Source: Candidatus Babeliales bacterium (lineage in GTDB: Bacteria > Babelota > Babeliae > Babelales > JANWKD01). Taken from it: a stretch of DNA of 64,000 nucleotides. This document shows, piece by piece, positions 29,050 to 39,120 of this stretch. Position numbers and translations under genes: made by a program. The number at the start of each line of letters is the position of its first letter. Positions within the stretch are counted from its first letter, which is position 1. The stretch spans positions 1 through 64,000 of the forward strand of contig CAVRJM010000001.1 of the NCBI GenBank assembly GCA_963722075.1. The letters are read 5' to 3'. The notes under the pieces are model-generated. The model saw only the letters and a program-made list of their open reading frames with translations. It made no database searches and had not been told where the DNA came from.

Positions 29050-29958
29050 ATGATTAGTCAATTATTATTTTGTATATGTATAAGTTCTTTTTCATTGCTG
29101 TATGGTGATCAAAAAAAAATGGTTGCGGTGCCTGCAAAGCCGCTAGTCCAAAAAAATAACGGAGCTCAGGCCACAAAACCATCATTTGAACTGAGCTGTA
29201 ATCTTTTAGAAGATGGCTTTACACCGATAAAAATCAGTGCTGATCAAATAAAAAAAATTGGTGAAAAAATTTGGTACAATGAATGCAGACAAACGATCAA
29301 AGGATTAACCTCATGGAACAACGGTGAAGATTTTGCATCATTTGGTATTGGCCATTTTATATCATATCCAAAAGGAAAATCAGGGATCTTTAAAGAAACA
29401 TTTCCTACGTTACTTACTTTTTTACTAAAGCATAAAAAAATGCCGGCCGGTATTTTAAAAACTGGTGTTACCGCATGTCCCTGGGAAAATAGACAAGAGT
29501 TCTTGGGTCAGTTGAATAGTAAGCAAATGGTGGCGCTAAGAACTTATCTGGCTGATACCGTCGATTTACAAGCACTATTTATGGTCCAGCGGTTGATGCA
29601 ATCATTTCCTATTACCATTAAAAAACTTTCATCTGATAAAAAGGAACATATCAAGAAACAATTTATCCGTATGATTAATACCCAGGGTGGCCTATATGCA
29701 TTAATTGATTATGTGAATTTCAAAGGTGAAGGGTTAAAAGGACACGAAGAGTATCATGGCTATCGATGGGGATTATTGCAGGTGCTTGAAAATATGGAGG
29801 GGGCTACCCAAGGCAAGGTTGCATTAGAGGAATTTGCCCGTGCTGCTAAAAAGGTATTAACGGGCCGGGTAAGTAATGCGCCCTTAGAATTACGAGAAAA
29901 GGAGTCTCGATGGTTGGTAGGGTGGCTCAATCGTATAAAAACGTATACGCATCTGTAG
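29050..29958 (+). CDS. Conserved hypothetical exported protein, possibly lysozyme-like
   Basis: Signal peptide; IWYNEC...SWNNGEDFASFGIGHF and ALIDYVNFKGEG...WGLLQVL motifs. Function is inferred only. Confidence 0.6.
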   Translation: MISQLLFCICISSFSLLYGDQKKMVAVPAKPLVQKNNGAQATKPSFELSCNLLEDGFTPIKISADQIKKIGEKIWYNECRQTIKGLTSWNNGEDFASFGIGHFISYPKGKSGIFKETFPTLLTFLLKHKKMPAGILKTGVTACPWENRQEFLGQLNSKQMVALRTYLADTVDLQALFMVQRLMQSFPITIKKLSSDKKEHIKKQFIRMINTQGGLYALIDYVNFKGEGLKGHEEYHGYRWGLLQVLENMEGATQGKVALEEFARAAKKVLTGRVSNAPLELREKESRWLVGWLNRIKTYTHL

Positions 29959-30182
29959 GACGCTATTTATTTAATTCAAATGTAAATAAAAATTTATATG
30001 TTGATAAAAAGTTTTTTTTGATATACTACATAATAATACGATCTGTTATCCAGTGACTGATGGAGGGATTTGATATTTTTGACTATTATTCTTGTTTTAG
30101 GCATTATAATCAGATCATACTGATAAAGCATGAATAGGAACAGAGTGTATAATTATAGATTTTCTATTTGCCTGGGGGAATT

Positions 30183-31133
30183 GTGGCTGTTGCCATAGAA
30201 GTAAAGAAACTAAGTAAGACCTTTGAACAAGGGAATAACGACTCATTTCAAGCTGTCAATTCATTAGACTTATCTATTAATAAAGGACACATTTTTGGTT
30301 TTTTAGGACCTAATGGTGCTGGCAAGACCACTACGCTCAAAATGATTTGTGGGTTAATTACCCAAACTAAGGGAAGCATTGCGCTTAATGGTTATGATAT
30401 TATTCAAGATCGCCATAATGCAATGCGTCAAATCGGCGTAGTTTTAGAAGGTGCACGTAATATCTACTGGCAATTAAGTGCTTTAGAAAATCTCTTATAT
30501 TATGGCCGCTTAAAAGGATATGCCGGTAAAGATCTCCATAGCCGTGCTGAAATGTTGTTGCGTGAGCTGCAGCTTTGGGATCGGCGTTATGATTTAGTAG
30601 GAAATTTTTCGCGTGGCACTCAGCAAAAAGTGGCGATAGCATGCGCGCTTATTGCAAATCCGCCGATCGTACTTTTTGATGAGCCAACCTTAGGGCTTGA
30701 TGTACAAGCATCACGTACCGTGAAAAAGTGGATAAAACGATTGGCTGAACAAGAAGGAAAAACGATTGTTATTACCACTCATCAATTAGATGTTGCTGAA
30801 CAGCTTTGTGATTATGTAGGAATCCTCAATAAGGGTCGCCTCATTGCCCATAAATCAATGAGTGAGATTTTAAATCTCTTTAAACAAGAATTATATCAAA
30901 TTAAAGTGGCGGGACATCTTAATAGTAAGCAGTCACAATTGTTTCAACAATTTACCATTGATCAACAAGAAAATAAAACCATTTTTATGGGAAAGCTCTC
31001 AGATTCTAAAGAACTATATTCTGTATTAGAAAAAATGCAAAAAAATGGCTTATCCTTACTTTCTGCTGCCAAAATGAATCATAATTTGGAAGATGTATTC
31101 GTGCAATTAACCGATGAATCACCGTTAAAATAA
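30183..31133 (+). CDS. ABC-2 type exporter ATP-binding protein
   Basis: GPNGAGKTT, FSRGTQQK, LFDEPTLGLD and TTH; likely GTG start at 30183 after ggggg. Confidence 0.95.
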   Translation: MAVAIEVKKLSKTFEQGNNDSFQAVNSLDLSINKGHIFGFLGPNGAGKTTTLKMICGLITQTKGSIALNGYDIIQDRHNAMRQIGVVLEGARNIYWQLSALENLLYYGRLKGYAGKDLHSRAEMLLRELQLWDRRYDLVGNFSRGTQQKVAIACALIANPPIVLFDEPTLGLDVQASRTVKKWIKRLAEQEGKTIVITTHQLDVAEQLCDYVGILNKGRLIAHKSMSEILNLFKQELYQIKVAGHLNSKQSQLFQQFTIDQQENKTIFMGKLSDSKELYSVLEKMQKNGLSLLSAAKMNHNLEDVFVQLTDESPLK

Positions 31134-31135
31134 AT

Positions 31136-31921
31136 ATGAAAACGGCACTATTAATTGTAATTAATGAAATTCGTAAGGGATTACTTGTTACCTGGCATTA
31201 TAAATTTAATATTATAAGTGAGTTTATAACGCTCGGTATTTATTTTTTGGGTACCGCATTATTAATGAATTATGGGGACACTGATTTAGAATCATTTGGT
31301 CCCTCCCTTATTGGCTATATTGTTTGGGTATACTCTTCCTATATTTTAAAAGTAAGCCTTACCTTAACGCTTGAAGGGCGCAGTGGTACGCTTGAACAAA
31401 TGTATATGAGCCCCGTGCATCCGGCGTTAATTTTTATTGGTGCAAGCATTTCTACCATTGTTTCTTCAACGATTATGATCTGCATTATGAGCATTATTAT
31501 TACGTATGTATGCTCAATTTCGATTCCTATTTCATTATTGGCCGTTCCCATTTTATTAATTATTTTAGTTGGCTTGATTGGGTTTGGGCTTTGTATTGCA
31601 GGGATGGCATTATTATATAAAAATGTTGCTGGTTTAATTGATTTAATTGATAACGTTCTATTTTATTTAAGTGGTTCAATGTTGCCGGTAGAACTATTTC
31701 CCTATTGGTTACAAAAAATTGCACATACGCTTCCTACTACTGAAGGTATTGAGGTATTACGGATGGTTATTTTTCAATCGACGTCTTTAACGTCGCTCCT
31801 TCAAGATGGAACGCTTATTTCTCTTTTGATAAATTCAGGCCTCTATTTTATTGTCGGATTAACTCTTTTTATTTATTGCGAGAAAATTGCCAAGAAAAAA
31901 GGGCGCTTGGGACAGTACTGA
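31136..31921 (+). CDS. ABC-2 type permease
   Basis: Six TM segments, GTLEQMYMSP and LSGSMLPVELFPYWLQ. Confidence 0.9.
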   Translation: MKTALLIVINEIRKGLLVTWHYKFNIISEFITLGIYFLGTALLMNYGDTDLESFGPSLIGYIVWVYSSYILKVSLTLTLEGRSGTLEQMYMSPVHPALIFIGASISTIVSSTIMICIMSIIITYVCSISIPISLLAVPILLIILVGLIGFGLCIAGMALLYKNVAGLIDLIDNVLFYLSGSMLPVELFPYWLQKIAHTLPTTEGIEVLRMVIFQSTSLTSLLQDGTLISLLINSGLYFIVGLTLFIYCEKIAKKKGRLGQY

Positions 31922-32233
31922 TTATTTTCTTTTGTATAACTCTGGATGGTATATGCCTTTATCAATAATTTCAAGAAGTCTCAATGCAGAATGACTTGGA
32001 ATTCTTTGACCAGATTCCCATGATTGCACAGTCTTAACACTGACGTTAAGCACGCGTGCAAAAATTCCTTGTGAATAATTATGATTCTCTCTGATCTTTT
32101 TAATTTCTCTTGCTTTATATTGTTTAGGCGGTTCTGGAAGAATGATATCTTCAGATCGAAGCTCAATTTTGCCTTGCTCATATGCAATAGCATCTTCAAG
32201 ACCTGACTTTAATTTTTTAAATAATTTACTCAT
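31922..32233 (-). CDS. higA: XRE-HTH antitoxin (HigA-like)
   Basis: IKKIRE...SQGIFARVLNVSVKTVQSWESGQRIP; downstream of a RelE-like toxin. Confidence 0.85.
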   Translation of the reverse strand: MSKLFKKLKSGLEDAIAYEQGKIELRSEDIILPEPPKQYKAREIKKIRENHNYSQGIFARVLNVSVKTVQSWESGQRIPSHSALRLLEIIDKGIYHPELYKRK

Positions 32234-32236
32234 AAT

Positions 32237-32581
32237 TTAAGCATCACCCTTCAATTTTTTCACTAACGATTTAAGAACATCCTTTTCTTCTTTCGTTAAA
32301 TTTTCTTGTTTATTTTTTGCAAATATCCATAGCAAATAGATATGATTTTGATTAACTAAAAAATAATAGCAAACTCTAAACCCGCCACTTTTACCTCGAG
32401 AGGCTGATTTTAATCTTACTTTGCGTACTCCACCAGCACCGACAATAATATTACCCAAATCAGGGGATGATGTAAGCGCTGTCTTAAAATCAGTGTAATC
32501 TTCAGATAAGAGGCTTCCTTTTTTAAGAAGGCCTTCGATTTCTTTTGTAAATGCTTTAGTTTCTATTATTTTTATTATCAT
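32237..32581 (-). CDS. higB: RelE/HigB-family toxin
   Basis: IIETKAF, GAGGVRKVR, GKSGGFRVCY and IYLLWIFAKNKQENLT. Confidence 0.9.
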   Translation of the reverse strand: MIIKIIETKAFTKEIEGLLKKGSLLSEDYTDFKTALTSSPDLGNIIVGAGGVRKVRLKSASRGKSGGFRVCYYFLVNQNHIYLLWIFAKNKQENLTKEEKDVLKSLVKKLKGDA

Positions 32582-32788
32582 TTCTTATAAGTATACTACA
32601 TTGTAGGGTAAAAAAGCAATAATTTTTTGGGATCTAGGGCGGCATTAAAATTAAAAGTTTCAAATTGGCTAAATTTGATTTTTTTGATAAATTTTTATAA
32701 ACTAATTGATGATTAATTTGTCCGTCTGAAGATGCATAAATTAATCTGTTACATCAAGACTGTTTATATTATTTTAGGAAAATCAAAA

Positions 32789-33614
32789 ATGTTATCTTAT
32801 TCTATTAAAAAAATGATTGCATTAGTATTAATGCTTAGTTCTGTTATTTCATCAAATTCTATGCAGTATGAATCATTAAAAGAGAATTTCTTTTCGATTC
32901 TTAAAAATCATCCTATTAAAGTAGGATTTGCTGCGACATTGGGAATTGGAACTATGTCCTATTATTGTTATCGTAATTATCTTATTAATTCTTACAAACA
33001 AGCTCTTTTAAGGCAACAAAAAGATATTCGCGAAATTAAAGAAATTGCTTGCGGGTTATTATATCCGGTTTCTCATGGGGTGCATTAAAACATATAGTGA
33101 TTCCATAGGATATAAAATAGGTTCATGTAATAATATTTTTATTGCTACCTTTCATCCTATAGAACCGAATCTACTAGCTATTGGGGATAAAAATAAGGTA
33201 AAACTCATTGATTTGAAAAATGATACTGTAATACGAGAATTTCATGATCCATTAAATTTTGATTATCTTCCTTCAGCCATCGAATTTGATAAGAAAGGTA
33301 AGAAAATAGCAATCCGCTATGAAGACCAAGAATTATATAAGAACTCTTATCTTTCTTGTTATAAAACAAAATCAGGCAAGCAATTAGGTCATGTTAAGAT
33401 AAATGATAATTGTGGTGTTTGGGGCACTATAATTTTTGATATAACTTCAAAAAATATTATTAGCGGCTTCAACATGGCAGAAAAATTTTATGAAATATAT
33501 ATTGAAAATCCAATTGCCGCTACCATACTTGAAAAATTGGGAACACCCATTTTCCGAAATGACAACAATCAAAGTTTTGGTAGAATTGGAAAATTTCAAA
33601 CTAAAATCAATTAG
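32789..33614 (+). pseudogene. Split WD40-like exported protein
   Basis: Two overlapping ORFs (32732..33088, 33045..33614) joinable by one frameshift near 33075. Signal/TM N-terminus, then ATFHPIEPNLLAIG and IEFDKKGKKIAI beta-propeller-like motifs. Confidence 0.55.
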
Positions 33615-33682
33615 TTGTTAATGTAAAGAATATATCTTCGATTTGATACACAAACGAAATTTTTTTTTATAAAACATACCCA

Positions 33683-33708
33683 AATTGTCCCACAGCTGTG
33701 GGACAATT
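33683..33708. repeat. Perfect 26-bp palindrome; possible bidirectional terminator or DUF1016 remnant
   Basis: aattgtcccacagctgtgggacaatt lies between convergent genes. Confidence 0.75.
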
Positions 33709-33760
33709 ATTCGAGTGCAATAAATTGTTCAATTGATGTAAAGTCTTGTTTTAGAAAATA

Positions 33761-34120
33761 TTAATTTACTGATTCTTCTTCGACAGGGTTAATAAGATCG
33801 CCCGTTTGTTCGTTATACAATTGCTTATTAACAAAAATCAATTCGCCGCGCAAATCTTTTTCATTATATTGTTTACCATTTAATAGAATGATCAATTGCT
33901 CATTTTCGACTGACGCATCAATATTGAAAGTGGTTTCGCTTTTTATTGATAAATGAGCGCTTTTAAAATTTCTAAAGCCCAATGAAAGGCGACGACCACA
34001 AATACCTGAGAGGCAAACTTTACCATCAGTTACTTTAAAAGGAGATTCTTCAGTTGCTGCTGCTAACGGTAAGGTGGTTAAAAACATGATGCCAAGTAAA
34101 TACGTATTTTTAATGAACAT
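33761..34120 (-). CDS. Hypothetical exported protein
   Basis: Signal peptide ending LPLAAA. Confidence 0.6.
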   Translation of the reverse strand: MFIKNTYLLGIMFLTTLPLAAATEESPFKVTDGKVCLSGICGRRLSLGFRNFKSAHLSIKSETTFNIDASVENEQLIILLNGKQYNEKDLRGELIFVNKQLYNEQTGDLINPVEEESVN

Positions 34121-34165
34121 AGGGGCCTTTCAGTAAAATAAAGCATTGTAATAATGCTTTTAATT

Positions 34166-35311
34166 TTACTGAAGATCACTATATAATTCAATATGCTTTT
34201 GTACCATAATTTCATTATTAAAATCATTTAAATCATCGGCATACTGTTGCATTTTCTTATACAGGTTTTGATTAAGACTTAATTCGATAATGCCGTTTGC
34301 AAGCGACTGCCAATCCCCCTGTTTATATAAAAAGCCATTTTTGCCATGAATAATAACATCATGTATCCCGCCGGTATTATAAGTAAGAATAGGCAACTTT
34401 AAAAGGCGCGCTTCTACAATTGAGCAGGGTAATCCTTCCCATAAAGAAGTAAGAGCAAATGCGTGCCAATTAAGCATAATTTCTGCTACCGATTGTTGCC
34501 AGCCATGCAACGTTATTACCTGATTTAAATTATAAGAAGTAATGAGTTGTTCTATTTGGGGGCGCAATATCCCATCTCCAATAATTTCTAATCGCAGATT
34601 GCTATTATGTTGATAGGCATGCCAGAACGCCTTAATTAAATCCGGAATATTTTTTTGTTTTTTAAAACAGGCAATAGTACCAATAATAAAAAGGTTATGA
34701 TCATGTGTAATGGATAATTTATTGTGTTGCAGTTGATAAAAATGTTGCCAATTAACGGCAGCACGAATAATTGAATATTTTTTTTTAAAAAACGGAAAAA
34801 GAGAAACCCCGGTTTGCACGTCGCTTGATGAAACACATACATAATGCGTGGTAATAAAACTAGTGATAAGTTCTAGAAAATAAATACCCAACCAGATGAT
34901 TTTGGGTTGGAAGGAATGAAAAGCATAGCCATGTACCGTATGAATACGGGTCGGAATGCCGGCAAGAAAAGCTGCCCAGCGACCAACTAAACCAGCTTTA
35001 GTGCTATGCGTATGAACAATAAGGTTTTTATATTTTTTTTTCAATGTTCGTAAATAATAAAACAAAAGAAGAAAACTTTTAATTTCTGCATAAAGATTAT
35101 AAAGTGAGACTTCGCGTTTTAAATTATTTAATAAATAAACGGAGGGATTATGTTGAATGGTAGCTACTAAAGGCCCTTCTGTTCCTGATATAAGGGCAGC
35201 ATTATGGCCTGCTTGTTGTAGCCCTTCAAAGAGTGATAAACATACTTTTTGAGCGCCACCAAGTTCTAATTTAGTAATAATGTATACAACATGAAGCTCC
35301 TTTTTTTTCAT
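34166..35311 (-). CDS. GT4-family glycosyltransferase
   Basis: LGGAQK, VHTHSTKAG, HTVHG, KQKN and SLWEGLPCSIVEA. Confidence 0.92.
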   Translation of the reverse strand: MKKKELHVVYIITKLELGGAQKVCLSLFEGLQQAGHNAALISGTEGPLVATIQHNPSVYLLNNLKREVSLYNLYAEIKSFLLLFYYLRTLKKKYKNLIVHTHSTKAGLVGRWAAFLAGIPTRIHTVHGYAFHSFQPKIIWLGIYFLELITSFITTHYVCVSSSDVQTGVSLFPFFKKKYSIIRAAVNWQHFYQLQHNKLSITHDHNLFIIGTIACFKKQKNIPDLIKAFWHAYQHNSNLRLEIIGDGILRPQIEQLITSYNLNQVITLHGWQQSVAEIMLNWHAFALTSLWEGLPCSIVEARLLKLPILTYNTGGIHDVIIHGKNGFLYKQGDWQSLANGIIELSLNQNLYKKMQQYADDLNDFNNEIMVQKHIELYSDLQ

Positions 35312-35356
35312 GCTCCACAATTCCAATTTACGTTAATGAGGATTATTTATATTTAA

Positions 35357-35474
35357 TGGATCCCCATCCGTCTACGTTAAAACTACGCCGGACAGGCACG
35401 CTATTGACGGAATCCGGCGAAGCCTTCGGCGAAGTCGGACGCGCTCGGGATGACGGTAGTGTACACCACCGTCA
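35357..35474. repeat. Composite nested REP-like element plus terminal hairpin at the atpE stop
   Basis: tggatcccca...aactacgccggacaggc...gacggaatccggcgaagcc...ggcgaagtcggacgcgctcgggatgac is shared with about 9957-10035; tgacggt...accgtca hairpin. Confidence 0.85.
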
Positions 35475-36440
35475 CTTTAAAATTATAATAAGCAGTGCAA
35501 TAAGTAAAGCGTACATTGCTGCAGCATCTATAATTCCTTGTCCTAAAATACTGGTACGGGAAAGTATAGAATGTTGCTCAGGATGTACGGCAATTTCACG
35601 ACAGGCAGCACCTGCAATAAGACCGGAGCTTATGCCAGGGCCTAAAGTACCCAGTGCTCCGCAGATAGCCGCTGCTAGACAAGAAACGGCACCAAAAAAT
35701 TCATTAGGTGCTTTAATTGGTGTTAATAAGAGTACGATTGAAATAAGGACCGCAAATATAATAGGCGTTTCAATAATTGCTTGGCTGATAAAGGTAAACG
35801 GCATAATGATTTTATAAGCATCTTTATTATACGCAATACTTTCTTGACAAATACGGGCAAAACGCGCGAGTCCAAAGGTGGGTCCTATAGCGCCAAAACC
35901 AATACAAATACCACTGGCAAGTAACCTAATACCATTAGCAAGAGTAGTAACTGATCCTAATTGAGCTTTAATAAAAAGCGCTATTAAAAAACTAAAAATT
36001 ACCGGTGTTTGCACTATTGATTGGGTTATGAGTAAGGCATTTAAAATTTTAGTAGCAAAAAAAGGTTGCCGTGCAAGTGCAAAGGCTGCTTGTTGAGCGG
36101 GCAACGATGATAAAATGCCAACCAGAGCTCCGGAAATGCCCAATGCAAGAGCGATTCCCCATTCTCCAATTGCTACATAGAGTTGCTGTTCTGGTTGTAC
36201 GATTGTTGGCCCCAGTATAAGAAACAGTGCCATGACGATACCTAAAATAGCACTTGTTTCAACTAATGCCAGGCTTATGATAAGTGCTCTAAAAATAGAA
36301 GGGTAACTGAGTGGGGCAATATTAAGTGCACGTACCGCTTGCATACTGGCGTTACCGCCGCCAATACCAATCCCAAGCGAAGTGAGTCCAACAATAAAAG
36401 CAATACTACTATAATGCAATAATGGGTGTAAATCGATCAT
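35472..36440 (-). CDS. atpE: F0 ATP synthase subunit c, four fused hairpins (8 TM)
   Basis: Follows atpB. Four Gly-rich hairpin repeats with loops NIAP, ARQP, AYNK and AVHP and key residues E, Q, E, D. Confidence 0.88.
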   Translation of the reverse strand: MIDLHPLLHYSSIAFIVGLTSLGIGIGGGNASMQAVRALNIAPLSYPSIFRALIISLALVETSAILGIVMALFLILGPTIVQPEQQLYVAIGEWGIALALGISGALVGILSSLPAQQAAFALARQPFFATKILNALLITQSIVQTPVIFSFLIALFIKAQLGSVTTLANGIRLLASGICIGFGAIGPTFGLARFARICQESIAYNKDAYKIIMPFTFISQAIIETPIIFAVLISIVLLLTPIKAPNEFFGAVSCLAAAICGALGTLGPGISSGLIAGAACREIAVHPEQHSILSRTSILGQGIIDAAAMYALLIALLIIILK

Positions 36441-37180
36441 TCAAGCCCTCCTTCTTCTGGTGATTGAACTGCAATGGAAAGATAGGTAACCGTTAACATA
36501 GTAAAAACAAATGCTTGAATGAGACCTTCAAAGATAACAAAAAAAGATATAACTAAAAAATTGATACCACTAAAAAGCCCTGCCAGTTGAGTAAATGGAG
36601 AAATAGAAAGTGCATTCATATAAATATTGGTAATAATTGCGCCACCAAAAATATTGCCAAAAAGACGGAAAGAAATTGAAATGATTTTTGAAAAATGGCT
36701 TATTACATTGAGCGGGAACATAATAAAAATTGGATGCAAAAATTCTTGGAGATATGCCTTAAAGCCGTGAATTTTTATGGTATAAAATTCTTTATAAAAA
36801 AAGGAAATGATACCTAAAGCTAATGCAGTATTTATATTTATTGTAGGTTCTTCTATAAAGGGGAGTAATGAAATCCAATTACATAATAAAATGAAGGTGA
36901 AAATTGAGAATACAAATGCAAAATGATGATAGTTAAAGGTACCTAATGATTGGGTAATAAGATCAATAAAAAAAATGATAAATGATTGCGCAACGTAATT
37001 AACAACACTATTTTTATGAATTAAAAACCGGCATATCATTATGAGAACTATTAATACTAATAGTGTGATCCATGTATAGATAATGGTATCGATATTTATT
37101 TGAAGAAAATCAGAATGGAAACCAAAGCGTTCAAAAGGGTTCCAAGCATATTCTGTGCTAAAAAGTTCTAAGCCTTCCAT
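36437..37180 (-). CDS. atpB: F0 ATP synthase subunit a
   Basis: EPTININTALAL, SISFRLFGNIFGG (essential Arg) and EGLIQAFVFTMLT. Confidence 0.97.
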   Translation of the reverse strand: MEGLELFSTEYAWNPFERFGFHSDFLQINIDTIIYTWITLLVLIVLIMICRFLIHKNSVVNYVAQSFIIFFIDLITQSLGTFNYHHFAFVFSIFTFILLCNWISLLPFIEEPTININTALALGIISFFYKEFYTIKIHGFKAYLQEFLHPIFIMFPLNVISHFSKIISISFRLFGNIFGGAIITNIYMNALSISPFTQLAGLFSGINFLVISFFVIFEGLIQAFVFTMLTVTYLSIAVQSPEEGGLE

Positions 37181-37455
37181 AGCTTTGTATCGCTCTTAAT
37201 TAGAATAGTTATCCATAAGGCTATAAAAAATGATAATAGAATTAGTATATAATTAAGAGACTGATAGCGCAATAGATAAAAAAAAATGAGTGATATACTA
37301 CATACTCTGAGAACCGTATGAGTAAAAACAGCGGTAAAAATAGAAGTTGAAGAAGGTAAAAAGGCATTCCTTTTTGTTCTAAAAAAGGAATGCCCGTATA
37401 GTATACCTATTGTTGATCCAATTATACTAGATGTAATGAGCCAGAATAAGCTCAT
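37168..37455 (-). CDS. atpI: ATP synthase I-like membrane protein
   Basis: Small hydrophobic protein immediately upstream of atpB. Confidence 0.55.
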   Translation of the reverse strand: MSLFWLITSSIIGSTIGILYGHSFFRTKRNAFLPSSTSIFTAVFTHTVLRVCSISLIFFYLLRYQSLNYILILLSFFIALWITILIKSDTKLWKA

Positions 37456-37464
37456 AGTAATACC

Positions 37465-38904
37465 TTAGCGAGTTGAATCGATTTTTTTAATGCCTTTATG
37501 TTTCCAATATGAAGCAATGATTGATTGTGAACCAGAAATAACCACCAATCCATGGCGTTCATCAACCGATTTTTTAGCGATATCAAATGCTTCTTCAAAG
37601 TTTTTAACTGATTTTGCTTTTATTTTTAAATTTTTTACGTCATTGGTAATCTGCTCTACATCCCATGAGAGTTCGGCAATACCTGGGATTGGAGATTCAA
37701 TAGGACAGAAGATAATTTGACCTGAGTTTTTCTTAGAGAAGTAACGTAATAATCGTAAAAACTCCTCATTGTTCATGTGATTTTTGTCGCAGGCAAAAAT
37801 AAGCGCAAGTCCTTTTAAAGGACGTTGGTAGTGCATTAATCGAATACCTAATAATAGATTTTTTAATGCATCAACGTTACTTGCATTATCAAGAAGAACG
37901 GTTGGTTTTTCTTTATCAAGAATTTGGAAGCGACCTGGTAAGGTGCTTGATTCTTCTTTCCAAAATTGTTCCAGAGTTTTTTGTGGATTTTCTAATGATT
38001 CTTTCTTACGTTGTAAGGTAGGACGGCCACGTTGTCCTTTTGGTTTAGAAAGTAAGCTGTTACTTAAAATGATAGTGCTATCTTTTAAGAATGAATCTAC
38101 ATAGATTTGGCAAATACGTTCAGCTAATGCAGCAGAACGACCAAACATTTGCTCAAAAGGATACGCTAATGGTGCAAGTTTACGAATAGGCATTTCCCAA
38201 ATACCTTTATGAAGCTCAACCTGATCAGCCATTAATTGAAGGTTTAATTTACTTTGATCGCCAGAAATAACATGCATACTTGGTTTAACGCTTGAAAGAA
38301 TATATTTTATATAATCAATGGTTTTTTCATTCTTTGGCGTAATATCTTCATTGGTGATTCGGGTAATTGCAAATACTTTTGGTTGGCATACATTTACCGG
38401 ATCAAATGGGCTATTGTCTTTCATTTCTAATAAGGCAACATCAACATTATTTTGATCAAAATAAAGGATCCCCATCATCGTTAAAATATCAAATGAGGTG
38501 ACTGGTATTTCGTGAGTTTCTGCAACATTGATTACTTCGTTGGCAAGCTCAGTGAACGTTTTATTTGAAATAATTTCATTATTAATAACAAATCGTTCGT
38601 TATAACTTAATAAATGAGGAGAATAAAAAGAACCAACAGTAATTTTTTCTGCTTGGAATAGTTTTGATGCAAAATGGATGGTTAATCCTTTTCCGTTGGT
38701 ACCACCGATTGCAATAGCATTAATTTTTTTTGATGGACTTTTAAGTGCTTGGTCTAATTTATTTATATAAGCAAATGTTTTTGCTGAAGGCTGTTCGTGG
38801 CTCCAATGAGCATCTAAAAAATCTATTATTTCGTTATAATTTTTTTGCTTACCTAACGCGGTAGCAGCTTTTACACTCGTTTCGCGTTTATTTACAATTG
38901 CCAT
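37465..38904 (-). CDS. folC: Divergent FolC/Mur-ligase-family protein
   Basis: IGGTNGKG P-loop, FYSPHLLSYNERF, VDVALLE and LPGRFQ...VLLDNASN. Confidence 0.75.
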   Translation of the reverse strand: MAIVNKRETSVKAATALGKQKNYNEIIDFLDAHWSHEQPSAKTFAYINKLDQALKSPSKKINAIAIGGTNGKGLTIHFASKLFQAEKITVGSFYSPHLLSYNERFVINNEIISNKTFTELANEVINVAETHEIPVTSFDILTMMGILYFDQNNVDVALLEMKDNSPFDPVNVCQPKVFAITRITNEDITPKNEKTIDYIKYILSSVKPSMHVISGDQSKLNLQLMADQVELHKGIWEMPIRKLAPLAYPFEQMFGRSAALAERICQIYVDSFLKDSTIILSNSLLSKPKGQRGRPTLQRKKESLENPQKTLEQFWKEESSTLPGRFQILDKEKPTVLLDNASNVDALKNLLLGIRLMHYQRPLKGLALIFACDKNHMNNEEFLRLLRYFSKKNSGQIIFCPIESPIPGIAELSWDVEQITNDVKNLKIKAKSVKNFEEAFDIAKKSVDERHGLVVISGSQSIIASYWKHKGIKKIDSTR

Positions 38905-39120
38905 CTTTTCTCCAAAAATAAATTATAATTGTTTAAAAACCTCGTCATTTATGAATCCATTACCATACTCAGCTTAAACTTTTCTATTTGTATTAATGAT
39001 GTGTTTTTATCACTACATTAATGACATTTCCACTCTTTTAGTATAAAATTTATTATAAAAATGTCAAACATTGAATTATATCTGAAAAAACCTTGATTGT
39101 ATTTACAAAAGATTAAAAAG

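Noticed and set aside
8871..35474. Dispersed palindromic repeats as a CRISPR array or tRNAs
   Set aside because: They are scattered, variable and nested, with no regular repeat-spacer period, no cas genes and no tRNA cloverleaf or T-loop consensus.
35356..35817. 153-aa plus-strand ORF
   Set aside because: It is antisense to atpE and begins inside the REP element; a shadow ORF.
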